A model generated the notes under the pieces. It made no database searches. It had not been told where the DNA came from and saw only the letters and a list, made by a program, of their open reading frames with translations. Position numbers and translations under genes: made by a program. A DNA stretch of 64,000 nt, from contig JAMLIQ010000008.1 in NCBI GenBank assembly GCA_023954095.1, forward strand, positions 1,827-65,826. The letters are read 5' to 3'. Below, in pieces: positions 31,573-40,640 of this stretch. How positions within the stretch are numbered: position 1 is the stretch's first letter; each line of letters starts with the position of its first letter. The stretch is from Burkholderiaceae bacterium. Lineage in GTDB: Bacteria > Pseudomonadota > Gammaproteobacteria > Burkholderiales > Burkholderiaceae_C.

Positions 31573-31935
31573 ATGTCCCGCATCACCATTTACCACAACC
31601 CCCGCTGCGGCACCTCGCGCAACACCCTGGCGCTGCTGCGCGAACGCGGCTTCGAGCCCGAGGTCATCGAATACCTGCACACGCCGCCCAGCCGCGAGAC
31701 CCTGCTGGCCCTGGTGGCCGCCACCGGCGAGCCCGTGCGCGCGCTGGTGCGCGCCAAGGAGGCGCTGTTCACCGAACTGGGCCTGGACGCGCCCGGCGTG
31801 ACCGACGCGCAGCTCATCGACGCCATGCTGGCGCACCCCATCCTGATGAACCGCCCCGTCGTCGTGGCCCCGCTGGGCACGCGCCTGTGCCGTCCAGCCG
31901 AGCAGGTGCTGGAGATCCTGCCCGTACAGGATTGA
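31573..31935 (+). CDS. arsC: Arsenate reductase, glutaredoxin type
   Basis: IYHNPRCGTSRNTL, HPILMNRPVV, LCRPAE. Confidence 0.92.
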   Translation: MSRITIYHNPRCGTSRNTLALLRERGFEPEVIEYLHTPPSRETLLALVAATGEPVRALVRAKEALFTELGLDAPGVTDAQLIDAMLAHPILMNRPVVVAPLGTRLCRPAEQVLEILPVQD

Positions 31936-31960
31936 GACCAGCCCCCACACCCACCAACGC

Positions 31961-33160
31961 ATGAACGAACCCGCGCGGCACTGGGTGGTGGTGCGGCTGG
32001 GCACGGCCCAGACGCTGGCCTGGGCCTCGTCCTACTACCTGCCCGCACTGCTGGCGCCGCCCATGGCGCGGGACCTGGGCATTTCCACGCCCACTGTGTT
32101 CGCGGCCTTTTCGGTGGCGCTCATCGTGTCGGCCCTGCTCGGGCCCCTGGCGGGCCGGACCATCGACCGCCATGGCGGTCGCCCGGTGCTTGTCGGCACC
32201 AACCTGCTGTTTGCCGCCAGCCTGGCGGGCATGGCGCTGGCGCAAGGCCCTGCGGGCCTGTTCGCCGCCTGGGTGCTGATGGGCGTGGCCATGGGGTCAG
32301 GCCTGTACGAGGCCGCCTTTGCCACGCTGGTGCGCCTGTATGGCCAGGGCGCGCGCGGCGCCATCACCGGCATCACGCTGATCGCGGGTTTTGCCAGCAC
32401 CGTGGGCTGGCCGCTGTCGGCGTGGATGGAAGCGCAATGGGGCTGGCGCGGCGCGTGCGCGGGCTGGGCGGCATTGCACCTGCTGGCGGGGGTGCCGCTG
32501 AATGGCTGGCTGCCGCGCGCCCAGCCTGCTGAAAACGCCCCCGCTTCACCCACGGATGCACCCACAGCCCTCCCCGCCATGCAGGCAGAGCCCGCAACGC
32601 CAGCGCCCGACCACGCCCTGCGCACCACGGTGCTGCTGTCCTTCGTTTTTGCCGTCACCTGGTTCACCAGCACGGCCATGGCAGCCCATCTGCCGCGCCT
32701 GCTGCAGGCCAGTGGCATCTCGCTCCAGGCGGCGGTCGCCCTGGCAGCGCTGGTCGGGCCCGCCCAGGTGGTGGCGCGGATGCTGGAGTTTGGCTTCCTG
32801 CGCCGCCTGCACCCGCTGCTGTCAGCGCAAATGGCGGCGGCCGCCCACCCGGTGGGCGCAGCGCTGCTGATGGTGGTGGGCGGGCCTGCCGCAGCGGTGT
32901 TTACCGTGCTGCACGGAGCGGGCAATGGCATCCTGACCATCGCCAAGGGGACGCTGCCGCTGGCGTTGTTCGGCCCTGCGGGCTACGGTGCCCGCCAGGG
33001 CCTCATGATGGTGCCTGCCCGTGCGGCCCAGGCTTTTGCACCAGTGCTGTTCGGCCTGCTGCTCGATGGCATCGGCACGGCAGCCTTGGGGGTCACCGCG
33101 CTGCTGGGGCTGGCGGCGCTGGCCGCGCTGTGGGTGCTGCGGCCGGTGGCGCACCCCTGA
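31961..33160 (+). CDS. MFS transporter (possibly ArsK-like)
   Basis: About 12 TM segments, AQTLAWASSYY, LYEAAFATL, TLIAGFASTVGWP; follows arsC. Confidence 0.82.
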   Translation: MNEPARHWVVVRLGTAQTLAWASSYYLPALLAPPMARDLGISTPTVFAAFSVALIVSALLGPLAGRTIDRHGGRPVLVGTNLLFAASLAGMALAQGPAGLFAAWVLMGVAMGSGLYEAAFATLVRLYGQGARGAITGITLIAGFASTVGWPLSAWMEAQWGWRGACAGWAALHLLAGVPLNGWLPRAQPAENAPASPTDAPTALPAMQAEPATPAPDHALRTTVLLSFVFAVTWFTSTAMAAHLPRLLQASGISLQAAVALAALVGPAQVVARMLEFGFLRRLHPLLSAQMAAAAHPVGAALLMVVGGPAAAVFTVLHGAGNGILTIAKGTLPLALFGPAGYGARQGLMMVPARAAQAFAPVLFGLLLDGIGTAALGVTALLGLAALAALWVLRPVAHP

Positions 33161-33835
33161 TCAGCCGCGTGGCACGACAAACTCGGCACGCGCCTGCAAC
33201 GCCTTGGCGCGCGCATGGCAGCCTTCAAGATGGTCGTTGACCAGCCCCATGGCCTGCATGAAGGCGTACACCGTGGTGGGGCCCACAAAACTCCAGCCGC
33301 GCTTTTTGAGATCCTTGGACAGGGCGATGGACGCGGGCGAAGTGGACAGGGTGCGCGCCACCTCGCGTGTGAGGCGCTCCGGCCTGTCGGCGGCGGCAGG
33401 CTCGAAGCGCCAGACGTAGTGCGCCAGCGTGCCGAATTCGCGCCGCAGTTCCAGCACGCGCCGGGCGTTGTTGAGGGTGGACTCGATCTTGCCCCGGTGG
33501 CGCACAATGGCCGCATCCTGCACCAGGCGTTCGACATCGGCCGGGCCGAAGGCCGCGACCTGCTCCGCGTCGAAGTTCGCAAACGCGGCTCGAAAACCCT
33601 CCCGCTTGTTCAGGATGGTGAGCCAGCTCAGGCCCGACTGGAAACCCTCCAGGCAGATTTTCTCGAACAGCCGCCGGTCATCCGCCACCGGAAAACCCCA
33701 TTCATGGTCATGGTAGTGGCGGTAGAGGGGCGTGGCCTGGCACCAGGCGCAGCGCGGGCAGCGGGTCTCGTCGGCAAACAGGCCCGCAGGCAATGGCGCC
33801 AGGGCGGGCCGCCCGGGGGTCGGTTCAGCGGTCAT
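33161..33835 (-). CDS. tag: DNA-3-methyladenine glycosylase I
   Basis: RCAWC, YHDHEWG, LEGFQSGLSW, GLVNDH; start could be 33844. Confidence 0.92.
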   Translation of the reverse strand: MTAEPTPGRPALAPLPAGLFADETRCPRCAWCQATPLYRHYHDHEWGFPVADDRRLFEKICLEGFQSGLSWLTILNKREGFRAAFANFDAEQVAAFGPADVERLVQDAAIVRHRGKIESTLNNARRVLELRREFGTLAHYVWRFEPAAADRPERLTREVARTLSTSPASIALSKDLKKRGWSFVGPTTVYAFMQAMGLVNDHLEGCHARAKALQARAEFVVPRG

Positions 33836-33899
33836 GCGTGACATTCTAGAAGCCCCTTCTTCGGCCGGCCCCACACGATCTGCCCCTAAACTTGCCCGC

Positions 33900-35021
33900 A
33901 TGCCCCCATCCTTCCCCCGCCTGCAAGCCCTGGGCACCCTGTTGGTTTGCCTTGCGCTGGCCGGATGCGCCGGCGCGGCCGGGTCGATGGACTACTACTG
34001 GCAGTCGCTGCGCGGGCACGTGCAGCTCATGCAGGCAGCCGAGCCCATTGACCGCTGGCTCGCCCGACCGGACATCGCCCCCGCGCTGCGTGAACGGCTG
34101 CAACTGGCGCAGCGTGCCCGTGCCTTTGCCGTAACGGAGCTGGGCCTGCCCGACAATGACAGCTACCGCCGCTATGCCGACCTGCAGCGCCCGGCGGCCG
34201 TGTGGAACGTGGTAGCGGCGCCGCCCTATGCCCTGGAACTGCACCGCTGGTGCTTTCCGGTGACGGGCTGCATCGGCTACCGGGGCTACTTCAACGAGGC
34301 CGATGCCCAGGCCGAAGGGGCGCGCCTGGCGGCCCAGGGACTGGAGGTCGAGGTGTATGGCGTGCCCGCCTATTCCACGCTGGGCTACATGAACTGGGCG
34401 GGCGGCGACCCGCTGCTGAACACCTTCATCGCCTGGCCCGAGGGCGAGTTTGTGCGTCTGCTGTTCCACGAGCTGGCACACCAGGTGGTGTACGCCAGCG
34501 GCGACACCCTGTTCAACGAATCCTTTGCCACGGCCGTGGAGCGCCTGGGCAGCGCCCAGTGGCTGGCCACGCAGGCCACGCCGCAGGTCCGCGCTGCTTT
34601 TGCCGCCAGCGAAGCGCGGCGCAGCCAGTTCCGCGCACTGACACGGGCCACACGCGCGCACCTGCTCGAGATTTATGCATCAAATCACGCTCAAACGCCC
34701 AACCATCAAGCGCTTGAAGCTATGAAAACAGAAGCAATGGAGGCGTTCCGCAGGGACTACGCCGTGCTGCGCAGCCGCTGGCAGGCCACCCCTGCGCAAC
34801 AGGCAGGCTACGACCGCTGGGTGGCGCACGCCAACAACGCCAGCTTTGCCGCGCAGGCGGCCTACGACGAATGGGTGCCCGCCTTCGAAGCGCTGTTCGC
34901 GCAATCGGGGCAGCGATGGCATCCGTTCTATGATGCCGTCAAAGAACTGGCGGCATTACCGCAGCCCGCGCGCGCAGACCGACTGCGCGCCCTGCTGCCC
35001 AGGCCCGTCAGCCCGCCCTGA
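33900..35021 (+). CDS. Putative zinc aminopeptidase lipoprotein
   Basis: Lipobox LAGC, WCFPVTGCIGYRGYF, FHELAHQ, FNESFA. Confidence 0.85.
   Translation: MPPSFPRLQALGTLLVCLALAGCAGAAGSMDYYWQSLRGHVQLMQAAEPIDRWLARPDIAPALRERLQLAQRARAFAVTELGLPDNDSYRRYADLQRPAAVWNVVAAPPYALELHRWCFPVTGCIGYRGYFNEADAQAEGARLAAQGLEVEVYGVPAYSTLGYMNWAGGDPLLNTFIAWPEGEFVRLLFHELAHQVVYASGDTLFNESFATAVERLGSAQWLATQATPQVRAAFAASEARRSQFRALTRATRAHLLEIYASNHAQTPNHQALEAMKTEAMEAFRRDYAVLRSRWQATPAQQAGYDRWVAHANNASFAAQAAYDEWVPAFEALFAQSGQRWHPFYDAVKELAALPQPARADRLRALLPRPVSPP
34672..34737 (-). repeat. Family A repeat copy 4 (antisense, translated in frame inside the aminopeptidase)
   Basis: Minus strand TTGCTTCTGTTTTCATAGCTTCAAGCGCTTGATGGTTGGGCGTTTGAGCG. 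Confidence 0.75.
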
Positions 35022-35032
35022 GGAGAAGCCCC

Positions 35033-35365
35033 ATGTCCGTGATCCACATCCACCGCCACCACCATCTGGGCCTGCCCGAGGCCCGCAAGATCGCTTTTCT
35101 GTGGGCCGAGCAGGCCGAGGAAGAATTCGACATGGAGTGCGCCTACGAGGAGGGCGATACCCAGGACACGGTGTATTTCACCCGTGCGGGGATCAAGGGC
35201 ACGCTGCAGGTGCTGGGCGACCAGTTCGAGTTCCGGGCCGAGCTGGGCTTTCTGGTAAGCGCCTTCAAAGCCCGCATCGAGACCGAGATTGCCGAGCAGC
35301 TGGACACGCTGCTGCACCCGCCCAAGGCGGGCAAGAAGAAGAAACCCGCGGTACCCAAGGCCTGA
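35033..35365 (+). CDS. Polyhydroxyalkanoic acid system (PHA granule region) protein
   Basis: IHIHRHHHLGLPEARK, FTRAGIKGTL, ELGFLVSAFKARIE. Confidence 0.8.
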   Translation: MSVIHIHRHHHLGLPEARKIAFLWAEQAEEEFDMECAYEEGDTQDTVYFTRAGIKGTLQVLGDQFEFRAELGFLVSAFKARIETEIAEQLDTLLHPPKAGKKKKPAVPKA

Positions 35366-35389
35366 AGGCCTGGTGCCCTGCAGACGCAG

Positions 35390-35418
35390 AAAAGCCCTCC
35401 GAAGAGGGCTCTTTTTTT
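35390..35418. terminator. Rho-independent terminator
   Basis: AAAAGCCCTC-CGAA-GAGGGCT followed by CT7. Confidence 0.8.
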
Positions 35419-35446
35419 CCGTGGCGCCGCAGCGCCCGGCAGACGG

Positions 35447-35617
35447 TCAGCCGCCCTTCTTCGAGCGCTTGCCCGGGTTCTTCTTGCTGCGTGTGGCCAC
35501 GCCGCGCTCCAGGCTCACGCGCTGGCCGCGGCCGCTGGTAGGCAGGCTCACGCCGGGCAGCGGCTTGGGCTGGGGGGTGAATTTACGGTCGGCTTCGGTA
35601 ACGATCTTGTTGCCCAT
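35447..35617 (-). CDS. Small basic hypothetical protein (56 aa)
   Basis: MGNKIVTEADRKFTPQPKPLPGVSLPTSGRGQRVSLERGVATRSKKNPGKRSKKGG; host-like codon use; ends near a terminator. Confidence 0.55.
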   Translation of the reverse strand: MGNKIVTEADRKFTPQPKPLPGVSLPTSGRGQRVSLERGVATRSKKNPGKRSKKGG

Positions 35618-35709
35618 GGCGGAGTCTCTGTCAAAGGTTGGAAAAGCCCTATTAGGCCATAGGCGCGGGGCAAGGGCTCCAAAGGCCCTGCCAAGGCCCC
35701 GGCCAGCGA

Positions 35710-35964
35710 TCAGCTCAGCGACTGGATCAGGTCGATGTACTGTTGCTTGGCAGCGTCCGGTTCCGTGCCCTTGAGCTTGTTCCAGGCATCCCACTTGGCA
35801 CGGCCCACCATGTCGGAAAAGCCGGGCTTCTTCTCGGTGTTGTCGCCCGCGGTGCCTTGCTTGTACAACGCGTAGATGTTGAGCAGCGTGGCGTTGTCGG
35901 GGCGCTCGCTGAGGTTCTTGGATTGGGCTACGGCAGCTTCGAAAGCGGCGTTGAGATCGGCCAT
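35710..35964 (-). CDS. Acyl-CoA-binding protein
   Basis: LLNIYALYKQGTAGD, GRAKWDAWNKLKG; AGGAG RBS. Confidence 0.92.
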   Translation of the reverse strand: MADLNAAFEAAVAQSKNLSERPDNATLLNIYALYKQGTAGDNTEKKPGFSDMVGRAKWDAWNKLKGTEPDAAKQQYIDLIQSLS

Positions 35965-36110
35965 GGTCGGATGCTCCTGGGTACGGGGGGGTGGGAAAAA
36001 ACGGGGGCGCCAACCCCCTGCAGCGATGTATCTTACGGTCACACTCCGGCCACAATGGCGAAAATCCGTAGACGCCTCCCTCCAATGACAACCTTCAGGA
36101 CCTTCCGCAC

Positions 36111-37697
36111 ATGGTGACCCGCATCCCTTCCCGCGCCGCCGCAGGCACGCCCGCCGCAGCGGCGGACCACCCCAGCGCCAGCACCGCCGCCCGCGACGCA
36201 GCACTGGCCGTGCAGAAAAACATGCGCCGCGCCGCCACCGGCATGCTGGGCCTGTCGGGCGAGCGCATGAGCAAGGTCGATACCGCCTGGCTGCGCATGG
36301 ATTCGAGCAGCAACCTGATGATGATCAACGGCGTGTGGACCGTGGCGCCCGGCATCTCGCTCGACGCCTTGCGCGAGCGCGTGCAGGAACGCCTGCTGCA
36401 GTACCCGCGCTTTCGCCAGCGCGTGGTCGAGGACGCCGCAGGCGCCACCTGGGTCGAGGACCAGCGCTTTGACATCGAAGCCCACGTGCAGCGCATCACG
36501 CTGCCCCGGCGCCGCGGTGTCAGCCAGCAGGCGGCGCTGCAGAATTTCGTGGGCGACCTGGCGATGAAACCGCTCGATCCGCGGCGCCCGCTGTGGCACT
36601 TCTATCTGGTGGAAGATTTTGTGGGCGACGACGGCCAGCCGGGCAGCGCGCTGGTGGTGCGCCTGCACCATTGCATTGCCGACGGGATTGCCCTGATCTC
36701 GGTGACCATGTCGCTGGTGGACGGCGGTGCAGAGCCTCCCAAACGCCGCCAAAAGTCTCCCGCCAACGCCGAGGACTGGATCGCCGACACGCTGATCAAG
36801 CCCTTCACGGGCATGACCGTGAAGGCCCTCGACCTGGTGGGCGACAGCGCCGCCAAATCGCTGCACATGCTGCTCGACCCCGAAAAAGCCGTACAGCACG
36901 GCCTGGCCGGATCGATGGACGCGGCCCGCCTGGGCTACCAGCTCGTCAGCGACGCGGCCGCACTGGCCCTCATGCCGGACGACTCGCCCACGCTGCTCAA
37001 GGGCATCCCCGGCAACGCCAAGCGCGTGGCCTGGTGCCCGCCCCTGCCGCTGGACGAGGTCAAGGCCATTGGCAAGGCGCTGAACTGCTCGGTCAACGAC
37101 GTGCTGCTGTCCTGCGTGGCCGGTGCCATCGGCAGCTACCTGCGCCGCCATGGGGACGACACCGAGGGCAAGGAGATCCGCGCCATGATCCCGGTGAACC
37201 TGCGCCCCATGGAAGAAGCCTGGAAGCTGGGCAACCATTTCGGCCTGGTGCCGCTGGTGCTGCCCATCGGCATCACCAACCCCATCGAGCGTGTGTACGC
37301 GGTGCGCAGCCGCATGGCCGCGCTCAAGGGCAGCACGCAGCCGCTGCTGGCCTTTGGGCTGCTGGCCGTGGCCGGCCTGCTCATCAAGCCCGCGCAGGAT
37401 GCCCTGCTGGGCCTGTTCAGCCGCAAGACCACAGCCGTGATGACCAATGTGCCCGGCCCGCGCGAGCCCCTGGCGCTGTGCGGCTCGCGCGTCACGCAGT
37501 GCATGTTCTGGGTGCCGCAGTCGGGCCATGTCGGCCTGGGCGTGTCGATCCTGAGCTACGGCGGCGGCGTGCAGTTTGGCGTCATCACCGACACGCAGCT
37601 GTGCCCCGAGCCGCAGCAGATCATCGACGCCTTCGCACCCGAATTCGCCGCACTTTCCACCCTCACACTGATGCTGCCGTGGGGCGAGCAGGAGTAA
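36111..37697 (+). CDS. Wax ester synthase/diacylglycerol acyltransferase (WS/DGAT)
   Basis: HHCIADG catalytic motif, PLDPRRPLW, SVNDVLL, TNVPGP. Confidence 0.92.
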   Translation: MVTRIPSRAAAGTPAAAADHPSASTAARDAALAVQKNMRRAATGMLGLSGERMSKVDTAWLRMDSSSNLMMINGVWTVAPGISLDALRERVQERLLQYPRFRQRVVEDAAGATWVEDQRFDIEAHVQRITLPRRRGVSQQAALQNFVGDLAMKPLDPRRPLWHFYLVEDFVGDDGQPGSALVVRLHHCIADGIALISVTMSLVDGGAEPPKRRQKSPANAEDWIADTLIKPFTGMTVKALDLVGDSAAKSLHMLLDPEKAVQHGLAGSMDAARLGYQLVSDAAALALMPDDSPTLLKGIPGNAKRVAWCPPLPLDEVKAIGKALNCSVNDVLLSCVAGAIGSYLRRHGDDTEGKEIRAMIPVNLRPMEEAWKLGNHFGLVPLVLPIGITNPIERVYAVRSRMAALKGSTQPLLAFGLLAVAGLLIKPAQDALLGLFSRKTTAVMTNVPGPREPLALCGSRVTQCMFWVPQSGHVGLGVSILSYGGGVQFGVITDTQLCPEPQQIIDAFAPEFAALSTLTLMLPWGEQE

Positions 37698-38248
37698 CGC
37701 TCGGCGTTCTTGCCTTGCTCCTGGCCAGCAGCGCGGCCCTCGCGGAGGTCACGGAAGAACACACCGAGCAGCCGTACACGGTGGACATCCAGCCCGGCCA
37801 GACACTGCGCCAGGCCCTCAACGCGGCCACCCCCATCCGTGAAGGCGGACAGCGCTTCCATGGCTATACACACTGGAATGTGCACTGGAAGTTTTGGTGG
37901 CACCACGATGCCGCCGGGCGCTGCCGCATCATCCGCGTGCACACCCGGCTCACCACCCGCATCCAGATGCCCGAACTGCACACCGGCAGCGGCGCGCAGC
38001 ACGCCCGGTTTGCACGCTATGCCCGGGCGCTGCGCCAGCACGAGCTGGGCCATGTGCAGTTCGGCCGCCAGGCCGCGCAATCCATCGACCAGGGCATTGC
38101 CGCCCTGCCCGGGGCGCCCGACTGCCCCACGCTGGAGCAGCAAGCCAATGCACTGGGCCACCGCCTGCTGGCCGCGCAGGCCGCGCTGGAAAAAGCCTAC
38201 GACCGCGACACACGGCATGGTGCGACCCAAGGCGCACAGATTGATTGA
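37679..38248 (+). CDS. DUF922-like secreted Zn-dependent protease
   Basis: Signal-like segment, HGYTHW, HELGH, YDRDTRHGATQGA; GTG start inferred. Confidence 0.75.
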   Translation: MGRAGVTLGVLALLLASSAALAEVTEEHTEQPYTVDIQPGQTLRQALNAATPIREGGQRFHGYTHWNVHWKFWWHHDAAGRCRIIRVHTRLTTRIQMPELHTGSGAQHARFARYARALRQHELGHVQFGRQAAQSIDQGIAALPGAPDCPTLEQQANALGHRLLAAQAALEKAYDRDTRHGATQGAQID

Positions 38249-38313
38249 TGCTATTTATTTTATAGCTATAAGCGCTTACTGGATAAGCGCTTGAGGCCAA
38301 AAAACTACAAATT
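38248..38313 (+). repeat. Family A repeat copy 5 (spans the gap between convergent genes)
   Basis: ATGCTATTTATTTTATAGCTATAAGCGCTTACTGGATAAGCGCTTGAGGCCAAAAA. Confidence 0.85.
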
Positions 38314-39402
38314 CAGCCCCTGTGCTGCCTGGAACAAGGCCTGCCGCGCCTGGGCGATGATCTGCCCTTTCCAGGCATCGGTGTCGGTGTAGAAGGCCGC
38401 CAGCATCTGCGCCTTGATCTGCGCAGCCAACGCTGGCGGCGCCTCCGGGTGGATGTGGAGCCAGTGCTCGGCACGCAGTGCCTGCAGCACCTCCATGACA
38501 GGCACAGTGCCGTACTCCATGGCAATGCCGGTGTACTGCGCCTGCGGGCATTCATCGTAGATGGCGGTCCACATCAGTCCCGTCAGGTAGGCCGACGTGG
38601 AGGATCCGTCATAGATCGAGGTCACCGGCGTAGCGCCCTGGCCGTCCCACCATTGGCGGGCACGCGCGATGGCCGCAGCATCATCAGTCCCGGCATAAAT
38701 CCGCTCGCCATGCCCGCTGGGACCCAGGCCGGTGTGCAGGTCGATCCAGCCGATGCGCGCAGCCCGGCTGCCATGCTGGCGCAGCACCTGGCGCAGGGTG
38801 TGGTTGCTCCAGGTGGGCGCCGTACCGCCAAAGAACAACCCTTGCGCAAATTCATGCTGTCCCTGCGAGATGGCGGCCTGCCAGGCCGCTTCGCCCTGGG
38901 TGGCGATAAAGCGCTGCACGGCCGCCACGTTGTCGGCTGCGGGAGGCCACTCGGGCGGCAGCAACAGGGGCTCGACCTCGCGGTAGGCCTCATTGACCGG
39001 CAAGGGGCGGCTGAAGTCGTGGAAGTTGCGGTTCAGGTCCACGTTTTCGTGCGTGGTGCGGCGGATGTGCGAGAAGCCATAGGGATTGAGCGCATGAATG
39101 TAGAGCACGGCCACGCCCTGCGCACGCGCTTCGTCACGCCAGGCGTCGTCGTGCAGGGCAAACACCTGCACGCCGCTGCCGCAATAGCCTTCGACCCCAT
39201 GGCACGCGCTGCTGACGATCAGCAGCTTGTCGGCATCGGCGGGGCCGTCACGCACAACATCCATGGCCAGGTCTTCCCCGTCGCGCCCCGTGAGCGGGTG
39301 GATGTGCGACTCGATCGGCAGCCCGGCCAGGGCCGCAGCTTCCAGGAACTGGGTGCGCGCGCGGGCATAGCTGGCGGAAAAAGCCTCTGTGATGCCGATC
39401 AT
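38305..39402 (-). CDS. M14-like metallopeptidase (DUF2817)
   Basis: SACHGVEGYCGS, HALNPYGF, ENVDLNRNF, IDLHTGLG, EYGT. Confidence 0.85.
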   Translation of the reverse strand: MIGITEAFSASYARARTQFLEAAALAGLPIESHIHPLTGRDGEDLAMDVVRDGPADADKLLIVSSACHGVEGYCGSGVQVFALHDDAWRDEARAQGVAVLYIHALNPYGFSHIRRTTHENVDLNRNFHDFSRPLPVNEAYREVEPLLLPPEWPPAADNVAAVQRFIATQGEAAWQAAISQGQHEFAQGLFFGGTAPTWSNHTLRQVLRQHGSRAARIGWIDLHTGLGPSGHGERIYAGTDDAAAIARARQWWDGQGATPVTSIYDGSSTSAYLTGLMWTAIYDECPQAQYTGIAMEYGTVPVMEVLQALRAEHWLHIHPEAPPALAAQIKAQMLAAFYTDTDAWKGQIIAQARQALFQAAQGLNL

Positions 39403-40610
39403 GCGGCCTCCCTGGGCTGGTTCAGCCACTCGTGTGCCAGGCGCACCCAATAGGTGGCGCCCAGCGGGATGAGCGCATCGTTGAAGTCGTAGCTGGGGTT
39501 GTGCAGCGTGCACGGCCCGCCGCCATGGCCCAGGGCGCGGTGGTCGCCATCGCCGTTGGCAATGAAGCAATAGGCCCCGGGCAGGGCCTGCAGCATGTAG
39601 GAGAAGTCTTCGGCGCCCATGGTGGGTTCCTGTGCCAGCACATTGGCCTCGCCCACGATGGAAGCCATGACCTTGCGCGCAAATGCGGCTTCGGCCGGGG
39701 CGTTGACGGTGGGCGGGTAGTTGCGCACAAATTCAAAATCGCACTGGGCGTCATGCGCGGCGCAGGCATGCTGGGCAATCTTGCGCATGCGCTGCTCGAT
39801 CAGGTCCAGCACCTCCAGCGTGAAGGTGCGCACCGTGCCCTGCAGTTCGCAGCTGTCGGGCACCACGTTGGTGGCTTCGCCCGCATGAATCATGGTGACC
39901 GAGATCACGCCCGCATCCACCGGCTTCTTGTTGCGGCTGATGATGGTCTGGAACGACTGCACCATCTGGCAGGCAATCGGCACCGGATCGATGCCGGTGT
40001 GCGGCATGGCGGCATGCCCGCCCTTGCCCCGGATGGTGATCTTGAACTCGCTGGTCGACGCCATCACCGGACCGGGGCTCACGGCAAACTGGCCCACGGC
40101 CATGCCCGGCCAGTTGTGCATGCCGAACACCGCCTCCATGGGAAAACGCTCGAACAGGCCATCCTTGATCATCTCGCGCGCCCCGCCTCCGCCTTCCTCG
40201 GCCGGCTGGAAGATCAGGTACACCGTGCCATCGAAATCACGGTGCTGCGCCAGATGCTGCGCCGCCGCCAGCAGCATGGCCGTGTGGCCGTCGTGGCCGC
40301 AGGCGTGCATCTTGCCCGGGTGCCGGCTGGCATGGTCGAAGGTGTTGAACTCCTGCATGGGCAGCGCATCCATGTCGGCACGCAGGCCGATGGCCCGGCC
40401 ACTGGCGCCACCGTCACGCCCGTGCACGATGCCGACCACCCCCGTGGTACCCAGGCCCCGGTGAAGGGGAATCCCCCAATCGGCCAGGTTTTGCGCCACC
40501 AGGTCGGCGGTGCGCAACTCTTCAAAGCACAGCTCGGGATGGGCATGAATGTCGCGGCGCACAGTGGCAATGCCTGCGGCCTGGGCGGCGATGGTGTCGA
40601 TGATTTGCAT
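39399..40610 (-). CDS. M20 amidohydrolase (hippurate hydrolase-like)
   Basis: HAHPEL, LRADMDALP, MHACGHDGH, QPAEEGG, GAEDF. Confidence 0.93.
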   Translation of the reverse strand: MQIIDTIAAQAAGIATVRRDIHAHPELCFEELRTADLVAQNLADWGIPLHRGLGTTGVVGIVHGRDGGASGRAIGLRADMDALPMQEFNTFDHASRHPGKMHACGHDGHTAMLLAAAQHLAQHRDFDGTVYLIFQPAEEGGGGAREMIKDGLFERFPMEAVFGMHNWPGMAVGQFAVSPGPVMASTSEFKITIRGKGGHAAMPHTGIDPVPIACQMVQSFQTIISRNKKPVDAGVISVTMIHAGEATNVVPDSCELQGTVRTFTLEVLDLIEQRMRKIAQHACAAHDAQCDFEFVRNYPPTVNAPAEAAFARKVMASIVGEANVLAQEPTMGAEDFSYMLQALPGAYCFIANGDGDHRALGHGGGPCTLHNPSYDFNDALIPLGATYWVRLAHEWLNQPREAA

Positions 40611-40640
40611 GGCGGAATCTCCTTGTCCGCCACAGTCTAC

